64,000 nt of DNA, from contig JBMFSH010000001.1 of assembly GCA_049967655.1 (NCBI GenBank), positions 96,001 to 160,000 of the forward strand. Direction: 5' to 3'. Source of the DNA: Acidobacteriota bacterium. Lineage in GTDB: Bacteria; Acidobacteriota; UBA4820; DSQY01. This document shows positions 21,101 through 30,056 of the stretch, in pieces. Below the pieces are notes generated by a model, which ran no database searches, was not told the DNA's origin, and was given only the letters and a program-made list of their open reading frames with translations. The position numbers were made by a program, and so were the translations under genes. Every line of letters begins with the position of its first letter. Positions within the stretch are counted from its first letter, which is position 1.

Positions 21101-21309
21101 AGCGCGCCCGCCGATCCCTCGACCTGCAGGAGAGGGCGGCGCTGTACGAGGAGGCCGAAGACCTCATCATCGAGGAGGCGCCGTCCGTCTTCCTGACGCA
21201 CAGCTGGGGAATGATACCGCACCGGCCGGAGGTGATGGGCATGAAACTCTCCTTCACACCACCGCTCATGCGGACTCACCACATTTGGCTGGCGGAGGGA
21301 GCCAGGTAA
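18136..21309 (+). CDS. Methyl-accepting chemotaxis protein fused to a C-terminal family-5 solute-binding domain
   Basis: Two closely spaced TM helices; MCP tip [40 protein letters not shown]; SBP5 motifs [59 protein letters not shown]. Confidence 0.9.
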   Translation: [1057 protein letters not shown]

Positions 21310-21369
21310 AGGCCGGCTTTCGGGCGTTCGGCGCGGTCAGCTCGCTCGTCGGGGGCCCCACGTGGCTCG

Positions 21370-21837
21370 TCACCCGCCCTTGCGCCGTGCCTCCCGGTCC
21401 GCCGTCGTCGCGGCCGCGCCTCCTTTCCGGAGGGGCTCTTCATCCGAAAAGCCGAAGTGCAGAAGGGCCTCCGGGTTTACGTAGATCTGGAGGTTGTTCG
21501 TCTGGTGCGACAAGGGGGTCAGGAAGAAGCCCTGCGTCGGTCTTTCCCTCAGGGCTGCGGTCCCCTCCAGGTGCTCCCCGTCCTTGAACACGAGATTCAG
21601 TTTCCTCCCGCTCATCGCTTGGTAGAGGAACCGCGTGTTCTTACGGTCGCCCTCCGCCCGCACCGTCCGGAAGTCCTTGACGAAGCAGATGACCTTCACC
21701 GCGCGGAGCTCGATGTGGTGGATCTTGCCCTGGAGGTCCTGGAGGAGGATCTCTTCTTCTCCGGGCAGGAAGTTCTCGCCGAAGCCCTGGATCGTCCCGC
21801 CTTCAAGGAAGTGGACCACGAGTTTCTCGTCGAACAT
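21370..21837 (-). CDS. Small tandem Sm-like protein (DUF6982-like), paralogue 1
   Basis: KLVVHFLEGGTIQG / GRKLNLVFKDGEHLEG / GFFLTP..NN; similar to 39550-39945; family name from memory. Confidence 0.75.
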   Translation of the reverse strand: MFDEKLVVHFLEGGTIQGFGENFLPGEEEILLQDLQGKIHHIELRAVKVICFVKDFRTVRAEGDRKNTRFLYQAMSGRKLNLVFKDGEHLEGTAALRERPTQGFFLTPLSHQTNNLQIYVNPEALLHFGFSDEEPLRKGGAAATTADREARRKGG

Positions 21838-21970
21838 GGAAAGAGGACTCCTCTTCCACTATGACACGAAAGGCCCGCTCCCTCAATCGCGAACCCCGCC
21901 GTCGGCTTGGGGCCAACGGGCCGCCTTGCGTGGCCCGCACCCTTCGGGTATCCTTGGCTCGGGAGGCTTC

Positions 21971-22402
21971 ATGGACAGGGAACGGCTGGCCTATGGAGTG
22001 GCGGAGATCCTGCTGCGGCACCTGCCGCAGAGTTCCGAGCCCTCTGCCGTGGAGGCCATAACGGCGGACCTGGTCCGGCTGCTGGAGGCCAAGGGAAGCG
22101 AGGCGGCGGCCTCGGACGAGCTTCCAGGCCGTAGGCTCGTGGTCTTGACCGTGCTGGGCCGGAACCACTCGGGCATCGTCCACGCCTTCTCGGAGGTGCT
22201 CGCGGAGGCCGCCGTGGACATCGTGGACATCAACCAGACCATCGTCCACGGGAATTTTGCTATGATGATGATCGTGGACCCCACCAGCGCCAAGCTCTCC
22301 TTCTCCGACCTCAAGGCCGCTCTCAAGCGCCGCGGCGACGAGGTGGGTGTACAGGTCTTCGTCCAGTACGAGGACCTCATGCGGGCTTTGAACCGGATAT
22401 GA
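21971..22402 (+). CDS. ACT-domain protein (UPF0237-like) with N-terminal extension
   Basis: VLTVLGRNHSGIV..DIVDINQTIV..FAMMMIVD..VQYEDLMRALNRI; upstream of a DUF711 gene as is usual. Confidence 0.82.
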   Translation: MDRERLAYGVAEILLRHLPQSSEPSAVEAITADLVRLLEAKGSEAAASDELPGRRLVVLTVLGRNHSGIVHAFSEVLAEAAVDIVDINQTIVHGNFAMMMIVDPTSAKLSFSDLKAALKRRGDEVGVQVFVQYEDLMRALNRI

Positions 22403-22457
22403 GCCCATCGCGTAACCGCGTGGTCGTCTGACCGCCCTTGCGGGAGCTCCTGAAGCC

Positions 22458-23819
22458 ATGGACTACACACGGCGCGAGATCCTGGAAACCCTGAGGATGA
22501 CGGAGCTCGAGCACTTCGACGTGCGCACCGTGACCGTGGGCGTCAGCCTCCTGGACTGCGGCCACGACGATCCCGAAGAGGCCGGCCGCCGAGTCTACGC
22601 CAAACTCAAGCGCGTGGCCGGCCCCCTGCCGGGCGTGGTGGCGGAGATCACGGAGGCCCTGGGCATACGGGTGGCGAACCGCAGGATCGCCGTGAGCCCG
22701 GTGGCGCTCGTCGGAACCAGGGCGGAGCCGGCCTCCTATCTCGCCATCGCGCGCGCCATCGACAGGGCCGCGCAGGAGATGGGCTTCGACTTCGTGGGGG
22801 GATACTCGGCCCTCGTGCACGACGGGTTCACGCGGGCCGACCACGCCCTCATCGCCTCCATGCCCGAGGCGCTCAGCACCACCAAGACCCTCTGCGCCTC
22901 CGTGAACGCCGGCAGCAGCAGGACGGGGCTCAATCTGGACGCGGTCCGCCTCGTGGCGCACATGCTCAAGGAGACGGCCTACCTGACGCGGGAAAGCGGC
23001 AGCCTGGGCTGCGCCAAGTTCGTGATTTTCGCCAACGCCGTGGAGGACAACCCCTTCATGGCGGGGGCTTTCCACGGCATTGGCCTGCCGGAGGTGGTGA
23101 TCCACACGGGCGTGAGCGGCCCCGGCGTCGTCTGCCAGGCCATCCGCCGGGCCGGCCCCTGCGACCTTCGGGCGTTGGCCGAGGTGATCAAGCGGGCGGC
23201 CTACAAGATCACCAAAGTGGGCGAGATATTGGGGCGCCAGGTGGCCGACAAGATGGGAGTGCCCTTCGGTATCGTGGACCTGTCGCTCGCGCCCACGCCC
23301 GAACTCGGGGATTCCGTGGGTGAGGTGCTGGAGGCCATGGGCTTGGAGAGAACGGGGGCCTGCGGCACGACGGCCGCCCTGGCCATGCTCACCGACGCCG
23401 TGAAGAAGGGCGGAGTCATGGCCACCTCCGCCGTGGGCGGACTCTCCGGCGCCTTCATCCCGGTGAGCGAGGACGCGGCCATGATCGCCGCGGCCCGGGA
23501 GGGCGCCCTGAGCCTCGAAAAGCTCGAGGCCATGACCAGCGTCTGCTCGGTGGGCCTCGACATGGTGGCCGTCCCCGGCGACGTCTCGGAAGAACTGCTC
23601 ACCGGCTTCATCGCCGACGAGCTGGCGATCGGCGTCATCAACCACAAGACCACGGCCGTCCGTGTCATTCCGGCTTACGGCAAAGGGGTGGGGGAAAGCG
23701 TCTCCTTCGGCGGGCTCCTGGGCGAGGCGCCCGTCATGGAGCTGCGGCGCCTCTCCTGTGAGGCTTTTGTGCGCCGGGGAGGCCAGATGCCCGCGCCCAT
23801 CACCTCGCTGCGGAATTAG
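22458..23819 (+). CDS. DUF711/UPF0210 family protein
   Basis: DVRTVTVGVSLLDC, NAVEDNPFMAGAFHG, GVSGPGVV, VGGLSGAFIPVSED, KLEAMTSVCSVGLDM. Confidence 0.92.
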   Translation: MDYTRREILETLRMTELEHFDVRTVTVGVSLLDCGHDDPEEAGRRVYAKLKRVAGPLPGVVAEITEALGIRVANRRIAVSPVALVGTRAEPASYLAIARAIDRAAQEMGFDFVGGYSALVHDGFTRADHALIASMPEALSTTKTLCASVNAGSSRTGLNLDAVRLVAHMLKETAYLTRESGSLGCAKFVIFANAVEDNPFMAGAFHGIGLPEVVIHTGVSGPGVVCQAIRRAGPCDLRALAEVIKRAAYKITKVGEILGRQVADKMGVPFGIVDLSLAPTPELGDSVGEVLEAMGLERTGACGTTAALAMLTDAVKKGGVMATSAVGGLSGAFIPVSEDAAMIAAAREGALSLEKLEAMTSVCSVGLDMVAVPGDVSEELLTGFIADELAIGVINHKTTAVRVIPAYGKGVGESVSFGGLLGEAPVMELRRLSCEAFVRRGGQMPAPITSLRN

Positions 23820-23910
23820 CCACCGAACGCGGGATGGGGATGATCGTTCGGACGATCCGACGACCGGAAAACACAGCGGCGGCGCGATGCGGCGCCAGAA
23901 GGACTGACAG

Positions 23911-24597
23911 ATGAACAAACCCCCCCATCAGCGCCTACCGCCCCACTCCTCCCTGCCATACGTCATCGCCCTGCTACTGCTCGCACTCGCGCCGCTCGGC
24001 CTCTCGGCCTCATCCTACTTCCCCGAGTTTTTCCATACCTTCACCCCGAAGGTGGGAGGTTGGAGCGAATACCACATCCAGGACGCCCGGGGTGAGACCG
24101 CCGACCTCACCTTCGCCATCGTGAGCGAGGAGAACGGGGCCTATTGGATGGAGCTCCGCACGGTCCAGGGGAGCGAGAAGGCGGTGGTGGCTTTCCTCAT
24201 CAAGGGCGATCCCACCGACGACGCCAACGTCCTCGAGATCCGGGCCAAGGGCTCTTCGGGGCCGGCTCTCGAGATGGACCGCTCCACTCTGGAGAAGCTC
24301 AAGAGGGACGGCCACGAAGTATTCGGAGGCCAGGCCCTGCCCATCGGGCCCACGGTGGGCAAGCTGCAGCCCTTGCCCGACGAGGTGATCAAGGTGGGCC
24401 GGGACTCGCTCAAGTGTCGCCACATCAAGGTGATCGGGCCCAACGGGCAGAACGCCGAGGTCTGGCTCAACGACGAGATCATTCCCTTCGGCGTCGTGAA
24501 GCTGGTGAGCGGCGCCGAACAGGTCGTGCTCAAGGACTTCGGGAAACGGGCCAAGGCTGAACTCAAGGGTCCCTTCACGCCCCTCGTCGTGCAGTGA
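23911..24597 (+). CDS. Hypothetical exported protein
   Basis: Signal-peptide-like N-terminus; PKVGGWSEY...WMEL...EVWL-DEIIPFGVVK beta-rich body; GC3-biased codons. Confidence 0.7.
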   Translation: MNKPPHQRLPPHSSLPYVIALLLLALAPLGLSASSYFPEFFHTFTPKVGGWSEYHIQDARGETADLTFAIVSEENGAYWMELRTVQGSEKAVVAFLIKGDPTDDANVLEIRAKGSSGPALEMDRSTLEKLKRDGHEVFGGQALPIGPTVGKLQPLPDEVIKVGRDSLKCRHIKVIGPNGQNAEVWLNDEIIPFGVVKLVSGAEQVVLKDFGKRAKAELKGPFTPLVVQ

Positions 24598-24675
24598 GCC
24601 CGGATCGGCCGCGGAAGGCATCCGGCCCACGGGCCGTGCGCACTCGTTAGAGGGATGTCGTTCAAGGAGGGGTTC

Positions 24676-25059
24676 ATGAAAAAAGAGGTCGTTCGAACGG
24701 ATGGGGCGCCCAAAGCCATCGGTCCTTACTCCCAGGCCGTGAGGGCCGGAGGCCTCGTCTTCTGCTCGGGGCAGATCCCCCTGGATCCTGCCACGATGAC
24801 CGTAGTGGAGGGCGGCGTGGCCGAACAGACCCGCCGGGTTCTCCGCAACCTGGCCGCCGTCCTCGATGCGGCGGGGGCCTCCCTCGCGACCGTGGTCAAG
24901 ACCACCGTCTTCCTGAAGGACATGAACGACTTCGCGGCCATGAACGAGGCCTACGCCGAATTCTTCCCCTCCGATCCCCCCGCGCGCGCCACGGTGGAGG
25001 TGGCGAGGCTCCCCAAGGACGTGCGCGTGGAGATCGAGGTCATCGCCCTCCCCGACTGA
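24676..25059 (+). CDS. ridA: RidA family enamine/imine deaminase
   Basis: [47 protein letters not shown]. Confidence 0.93.
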   Translation: MKKEVVRTDGAPKAIGPYSQAVRAGGLVFCSGQIPLDPATMTVVEGGVAEQTRRVLRNLAAVLDAAGASLATVVKTTVFLKDMNDFAAMNEAYAEFFPSDPPARATVEVARLPKDVRVEIEVIALPD

Positions 25060-25110
25060 TGGTGGACGCCCCCCGATTGGGCATCCGATTGACCTGATCC
25101 ATCGCCGAGC

Positions 25111-25140
25111 AAAAAAAGGCCGCCCCGAAGGGCGGCCTTT
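25111..25140. terminator. Intrinsic terminator between convergent genes (probably bidirectional)
   Basis: A7-GGCCGCCC-cgaa-GGGCGGCC-TTT. Confidence 0.85.
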
Positions 25141-25182
25141 GAGGCTGCGGAGGGGAAGGAGAGTCCTCCGCGTGAAGGTGGC

Positions 25183-26334
25183 CTAGTTGACGAGGACCAT
25201 CATGGAGCGCTCGGCGCGGAACTTGTCGCGGTTGAGCAGGGTGACGGTGGCCTTCGTGCCGTCGGGCTGGATGGAGACGCGGTAGTCCACGCCCGGCTTG
25301 TAGAGCGCGCCGGGAGCGATGCGGACCTTCTCGATCCGAGCCACGTCCGCATCCTTGGCGGTGAAGCTGATGGTGTTGTCGCTGCGCAGGTCGAGCTGCT
25401 GCGGGTAGTCGGTCTCGGCGAACTGGATGAGCTGAGGCTTGGCGTACCAGGGGTCGCGGACCAGCCCCTCCTTGATCAGCGCCTTTCGGGGGCCGATCCG
25501 GTAGAAGACGGAGTTCACCTTGGATTGCAGGTTCTTCGAGAGGGCGTCCAGGTCGCTCACCTTCTGGGTCAGGCTCGCGCGCTCGGTCTGGAGCAGCGAG
25601 ACCTCCTGGGTCAACTGGTCGCGCTTGCTGGTGAGGTCGGCCACCTGCTGAGTGAGCTTGGCCTTTTCCTTGGCCAGGGCGTCCCGCTGGGCGATGGCGC
25701 TGTTCTTCTCGTCCACCAACACCTTCTTGGCGTGCTGGATGACACCGTAGGGGCTGACCTTGGCGTCGCCCTGGGTGACGAAGGTGCCGTACACGCCGTC
25801 GTGGTAGAAGTTCCAGACCTTGAACCCGGGTACCAGCTCGTCCATCAGATTCACCTTCTGCACGAGGCTCCTGGCCGTCGCCGGATCGAGGCCCTGATCC
25901 TTGGTGAGGTAAGCCATGGCGATGTCGATGTGGCGCTCACCCTTCACCACCTCCACGGGGGCCGGAAGGGTCCGCTCCAGGTTCTGGACCTGAACCTTGA
26001 GGTCGTCGGCCGCCTTCTGCTTGGCGAGAATGTCCGAGATCAGGTCCTTGTAACCAATGCCCTGCTCGTTCTTCAGCCGCTGTTCGAGAAGGGCCGTCTG
26101 CTCGGGACTCAGCCCCTGGCCCAGGACCGATCCCAGGTCCTTGCCGCCGGCCTGGACGTACTGCGTCGTGAGGGCGTTCACTTCGGCCTGGTTGGCGTCG
26201 ATTTCCTGCTCAAGCTTGGCGATCCGCTGGGCCGTCTCCATCTGGGAGCGGACCTCGGTTTTTCCCTGGTGCTGGGCGCAGGCCAGGGCCAGCAAAAGGC
26301 CCCCCATCGCGGCGATACGGAATAGGCGTTTCAT
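25183..26334 (-). CDS. Coiled-coil lipoprotein
   Basis: MKRLFRIAAMGGLLLALAC lipobox; long heptad repeats; beta-rich C-terminal domain starting VNSVFYRIG; RBS GGAG. Confidence 0.8.
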   Translation of the reverse strand: MKRLFRIAAMGGLLLALACAQHQGKTEVRSQMETAQRIAKLEQEIDANQAEVNALTTQYVQAGGKDLGSVLGQGLSPEQTALLEQRLKNEQGIGYKDLISDILAKQKAADDLKVQVQNLERTLPAPVEVVKGERHIDIAMAYLTKDQGLDPATARSLVQKVNLMDELVPGFKVWNFYHDGVYGTFVTQGDAKVSPYGVIQHAKKVLVDEKNSAIAQRDALAKEKAKLTQQVADLTSKRDQLTQEVSLLQTERASLTQKVSDLDALSKNLQSKVNSVFYRIGPRKALIKEGLVRDPWYAKPQLIQFAETDYPQQLDLRSDNTISFTAKDADVARIEKVRIAPGALYKPGVDYRVSIQPDGTKATVTLLNRDKFRAERSMMVLVN

Positions 26335-26409
26335 AGTTTGTCTCCTTTCTCTCCCGGGGACCGGGGCCAGGAGGCCCCGGTCCCGGATCTTCCTGGACGG
26401 TTCGGTCAG

Positions 26410-26426
26410 TACAAGGGCCGTGCCAA
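26410..26426 (-). promoter_or_regulatory. Sigma-54 (-24/-12) promoter of the lipoprotein gene
   Basis: Minus strand TTGGCACGGCCCTTGTA versus consensus TGGCAC-N5-TTGC; divergent from a GAFTGA activator. Confidence 0.7.
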
Positions 26427-26559
26427 TTGGGCAGCACGGGTTCATCCACCTGAAAATGAAAGGGGAACACGGAGAGGCGCGGGCTCGGCCCGAGAACCGG
26501 CGCCCCATGAAACAAGGAAATATTCCCTGGCCTCGGAGGCCATGGAGAGGAGATCAGCC

Positions 26560-26589
26560 TTGAGCGCCCTTCCCGCCGGTTGCTATACT
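26560..26589 (+). promoter_or_regulatory. Sigma-70 extended -10 promoter of the two-component operon
   Basis: TTGAGC-18 bp-TATACT with a TGn extension. Confidence 0.55.
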
Positions 26590-26620
26590 CGGCCCGCGGA
26601 ACGGAACGGAGGAGCGGGCC

Positions 26621-27982
26621 ATGAAACGGCGCTACACCATCCTCGTTGTGGACGACGAACCCTCCATGCGGGAGGTGCTTCGCTTGCGCCTCGGCCAATG
26701 GGGCTTCGAGGTCGCCGCGGCGGCCAGCGCGTCCGAGGCGGAGGCCCTAGCCGCAAAGGCTGCGCTTGATCTCGTGCTTTGCGATGTGGTCCTTCCCGAC
26801 GGCTCGGGCCTGGACCTGCTGACCAAGCTGCGGGGCGACTCTCCGCCCCGACCCGTGATCATGATCACGGCCCACGGCAGCATCGATGCGGCCGTGGAGG
26901 CCGTCAAGCGCGGGGCCAGGGATTTTCTGACCAAGCCGCTGGACTACACCAAGCTCAAGGCGGTGCTCGACGATGCCGTGTCCGAGGTCGAGCAGAGGAG
27001 CTCGCTGAAGCGCCTGGAGGAGACCCTGGCCAAGGGCTCGGGCCTGGGGCCCCTCATCGGCGACAGCAAGCCCATGCTCGAACTCTACGAGCTCATAGGC
27101 GTCCTCGCGGGAAGCGACGCCTCGGCCCTGATCACGGGCGAGAGCGGCACGGGCAAGGAGCTCGTGGCCCACGCCATCCACGACCGGAGCCGGCGGGCTT
27201 CGGGCCCCTTCGTGGCGGTGAACGCCGCCGCCATTCCCGAGGGACTGATGGAGAGCGAGCTCTTCGGGAACGAGAAGGGGGCCTTCACCGGGGCGGTCTC
27301 GGCCAGGCCCGGCTGCTTCGAACTGGCCAACCGCGGGACGCTCTTTCTGGATGAGATCGCCGAGATGCCCGCCCCGCTCCAGCCCAAGTTCCTGCGGACC
27401 CTCGAGAACGGGCGGGTGCGCCGGTTGGGGGGCGCCACCGAGAACGCCTTCGACGTTCGGCTTCTCGCCGCCACCAACAGGGTGCCCGAGGAGGCCGTGC
27501 GCGACGGGCTGCTGAGGGCCGACCTCTACTACCGCCTGAACGTCTTCACGCTGGTGCTCCCGCCCCTGCGGGAGCGGAAGGAGGACGTGCCGCTCCTGGT
27601 GCAGCACTTCGTCGGCCTCTTCAACAGGAAGCACGGGGCTTCGGTGGCGGGCGTCCGTCCCGACGTGCTGGCCCTCCTCCAGGCCTATCCGTGGCCCGGG
27701 AACGTGCGCGAGCTCAGAAACGTGATCGAGCGGGCCGTGATCCTGGCGCGGGCGGGCTGGATCGAGCTGTCCCACTTGCCGCCCTACGTGCGGCGCCCGG
27801 ACGACGCCGGGGAGGAGCTGCGCCTGCCCGTGGGGCTCACGCTGGCCGAGGCCGAGAGGGTTTTGATCCTGCAAACCCTCAAGGAGGCCGGCCAGAACAA
27901 GGCCGAGGCGGCGCGCCGCCTGGGCCTGGACGTCAAGACCATCCGGAACAAGCTGAAGCAATACGGACTGGACGGCAGCTGA
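26621..27982 (+). CDS. Sigma-54-dependent response regulator (NtrC family)
   Basis: REC (VVDDE, D-VLPD), GESGTGKE, ESELFG-EKGAFTGA, LFLDEI, WPGNVREL, Fis-type HTH. Confidence 0.95.
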   Translation: MKRRYTILVVDDEPSMREVLRLRLGQWGFEVAAAASASEAEALAAKAALDLVLCDVVLPDGSGLDLLTKLRGDSPPRPVIMITAHGSIDAAVEAVKRGARDFLTKPLDYTKLKAVLDDAVSEVEQRSSLKRLEETLAKGSGLGPLIGDSKPMLELYELIGVLAGSDASALITGESGTGKELVAHAIHDRSRRASGPFVAVNAAAIPEGLMESELFGNEKGAFTGAVSARPGCFELANRGTLFLDEIAEMPAPLQPKFLRTLENGRVRRLGGATENAFDVRLLAATNRVPEEAVRDGLLRADLYYRLNVFTLVLPPLRERKEDVPLLVQHFVGLFNRKHGASVAGVRPDVLALLQAYPWPGNVRELRNVIERAVILARAGWIELSHLPPYVRRPDDAGEELRLPVGLTLAEAERVLILQTLKEAGQNKAEAARRLGLDVKTIRNKLKQYGLDGS

Positions 27983-29496
27983 TGAGGGTCTCCACCCGGC
28001 TCACGGCGGGTTCCTCCCTGGTTCTGCTCCTTCTCCTGGGGGCGCTCGCCTACCAGCTCATGCAGGTGCGGCACCTCGCCTCCATCAGCCGTGAGCTGTC
28101 GAGGGTGGGGCTCAGGGCGGCGCGGCTCTCCCTGTCCCAGATCCACGACCTGGATGGCCTGGACCAGGCGCTGAGAAAGTACTTCGTCACGCGGGATCCA
28201 GACTACGCTGGGCTGGCCCGCGAGCTCGGGCGTCAGGTCTCCGTCAGGCAGCAGCTCCTTGAGGGGCTGCCGCTTCCTGCGGAGGAGCGGGAAGCGGTGG
28301 AGGCCTTCGGCGCCGCCTGGCGAGGACTCGGGGAGGAGGTGAATCCCGGGCCTCCCGCCGGGCCGGAGGCAGATCTGCTGCCCCGGCTGGCTCGGGCCCA
28401 GGAGAGGGCCCGCACGGTGGCCGAGGCCGCCCAGGAGGCCGTGTCCGCGGAGGCCTCCCGGGCCGAGGCGGCGGCCCGCCGGTCGCAAAACGTCTCCCTG
28501 CTGGCGGCGCTCCTGGCGCTCGCGGCCAGCGTGATCGTCCTGTGGGCCACGATCCGCTCCATCCGGAGGCCCCTGGAGCGACTGGCGAACGCCACCCACG
28601 CCCTGGCGGGCGGCCGCTTCGACCTGCAGCTTCCCAGCCGGGGCCGGGACGAGTTCGACCAGCTCGCGGAGGACTTCAACGTCATGGTGCGGCGGCTCTC
28701 GGAGCTGGACCAGATGAAGAAGGACATCCTCTCCCACGTCTCCCACGAGCTGAAGACTCCGCTGGCCGCCGTGCAGGAGACCCACCAGCTCATGCTGGAG
28801 GGGATTACCGGGCCGCTGACGGGGGACCAGCGCCGGCTTCTCGAGATGAACCTCCAGAGCGCCAGGAGGCTCTCGGCCATGATCGCCAAGATGCTGGACC
28901 TGGCCCGCCTGGAGGCGGGTGTGATGGAGTACGATCTCCGGCCGACGGACTTCTCGCAGGTGGTGGGCTCGGCCCTCTCCCTGATGGAGGTGCGGGCGGG
29001 CGAGCGGGGCATCGCCCTGTGCGCGGAGCTGCCTGGGGAGACCCTGTGGGTGCGCGGCGACGGGGACCGCCTCTTCCAAGTGGTGGAAAACCTGTTGGAG
29101 AATGCGGTCAAGTTCTCTCCGCCCGGAACCGCCGTGGACGTGGCCGCCGCTGGGGCCGAGCAGGTCCCTCCGGGCAGGCGCGGTGAGCTTCCTGGACCCG
29201 CGTCCGCGGGAGAGGCCGGCTGGGTTCTCCTGACGGTCTCGGATCGCGGCCCCGGCGTGCCTGACGATGAGAAAACCAGAATCTTCGATCGCTTTCACCA
29301 GGTGGCGACGACGGGCAAGCGGGTGGGCAGAGGGGTCGGGTTGGGATTGGCCATCTGCCGGGAGATCGTAACGGCCCACGGCGGGGCCCTCTGGGTGGAG
29401 GACAACGCGGGGGGCGGCAGCCGGTTCCTGTGTCTGCTGCCGGCGTTGGACGGCGTCCGGCCCGCCGCCGGAGGAGAAGGAGAAGAAAGGCGATGA
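27982..29496 (+). CDS. HAMP-domain sensor histidine kinase
   Basis: Two TM helices, HAMP (RDEFDQLAEDFNVM), SHELKTPL, NLLENAVKFS, DRGPGV, GLGLAIC; TGATG overlap with the regulator. Confidence 0.93.
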   Translation: MRVSTRLTAGSSLVLLLLLGALAYQLMQVRHLASISRELSRVGLRAARLSLSQIHDLDGLDQALRKYFVTRDPDYAGLARELGRQVSVRQQLLEGLPLPAEEREAVEAFGAAWRGLGEEVNPGPPAGPEADLLPRLARAQERARTVAEAAQEAVSAEASRAEAAARRSQNVSLLAALLALAASVIVLWATIRSIRRPLERLANATHALAGGRFDLQLPSRGRDEFDQLAEDFNVMVRRLSELDQMKKDILSHVSHELKTPLAAVQETHQLMLEGITGPLTGDQRRLLEMNLQSARRLSAMIAKMLDLARLEAGVMEYDLRPTDFSQVVGSALSLMEVRAGERGIALCAELPGETLWVRGDGDRLFQVVENLLENAVKFSPPGTAVDVAAAGAEQVPPGRRGELPGPASAGEAGWVLLTVSDRGPGVPDDEKTRIFDRFHQVATTGKRVGRGVGLGLAICREIVTAHGGALWVEDNAGGGSRFLCLLPALDGVRPAAGGEGEERR

Positions 29497-30056
29497 AGAG
29501 GTCCGTCAGGAGGTGCGGATGGCCGCTGCTGGTCTTGCTTCTGCTGGGTTCCTGCTCGCCCGCGCTGCGGCGGGCGGACGACTACTTCAAGGCAGGGGAC
29601 TATCCGCGGGCGGCCGCGGTCTACGAAGAGGTGCTCTCCACCCATCCGGCGCCTGGCACCGATGCGCGGGCGCTGTACCGTCTGGGCGTCTCCAGGGCCG
29701 AGCCCGGCAGCCCGGCCTTCGATCCCACCAAGGCTAGGGAGGCCTTCGAAACGCTTCGCCGAACCCACTCCGGATCGCGTTACGCCCGAGAGGCGGCCCT
29801 GCCCCTCGCCCTGCTCGATGCCATGGAGAGGGCCTCGCGGGAAGCCTCGCAGCTTCAGGCCCAGCTCAAGAGCGAACTGGCCTCCTGCAACCGCCAGGGC
29901 CAGGAGGCGGCGGCCTCGGCCCAGCAGGACCGTTCCCGCAGCCAGGAGCAGCTCCAGCAGTTGAAGGCTCTGCTCGCCCAGAGGGACCGGGAGCTGGAAG
30001 CCCTTCGGCGGCAGATGGACGAGCTCAAGCGCATCGACCTCATGCGGGGGCGCTGA
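29493..30056 (+). CDS. TPR/coiled-coil lipoprotein (QseG/YfhG-like accessory)
   Basis: LLLLGSC lipobox, helical hairpin, C-terminal coil ending QMDELKRID; ATGA overlap with the kinase. Confidence 0.72.
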   Translation: MKRSVRRCGWPLLVLLLLGSCSPALRRADDYFKAGDYPRAAAVYEEVLSTHPAPGTDARALYRLGVSRAEPGSPAFDPTKAREAFETLRRTHSGSRYAREAALPLALLDAMERASREASQLQAQLKSELASCNRQGQEAAASAQQDRSRSQEQLQQLKALLAQRDRELEALRRQMDELKRIDLMRGR

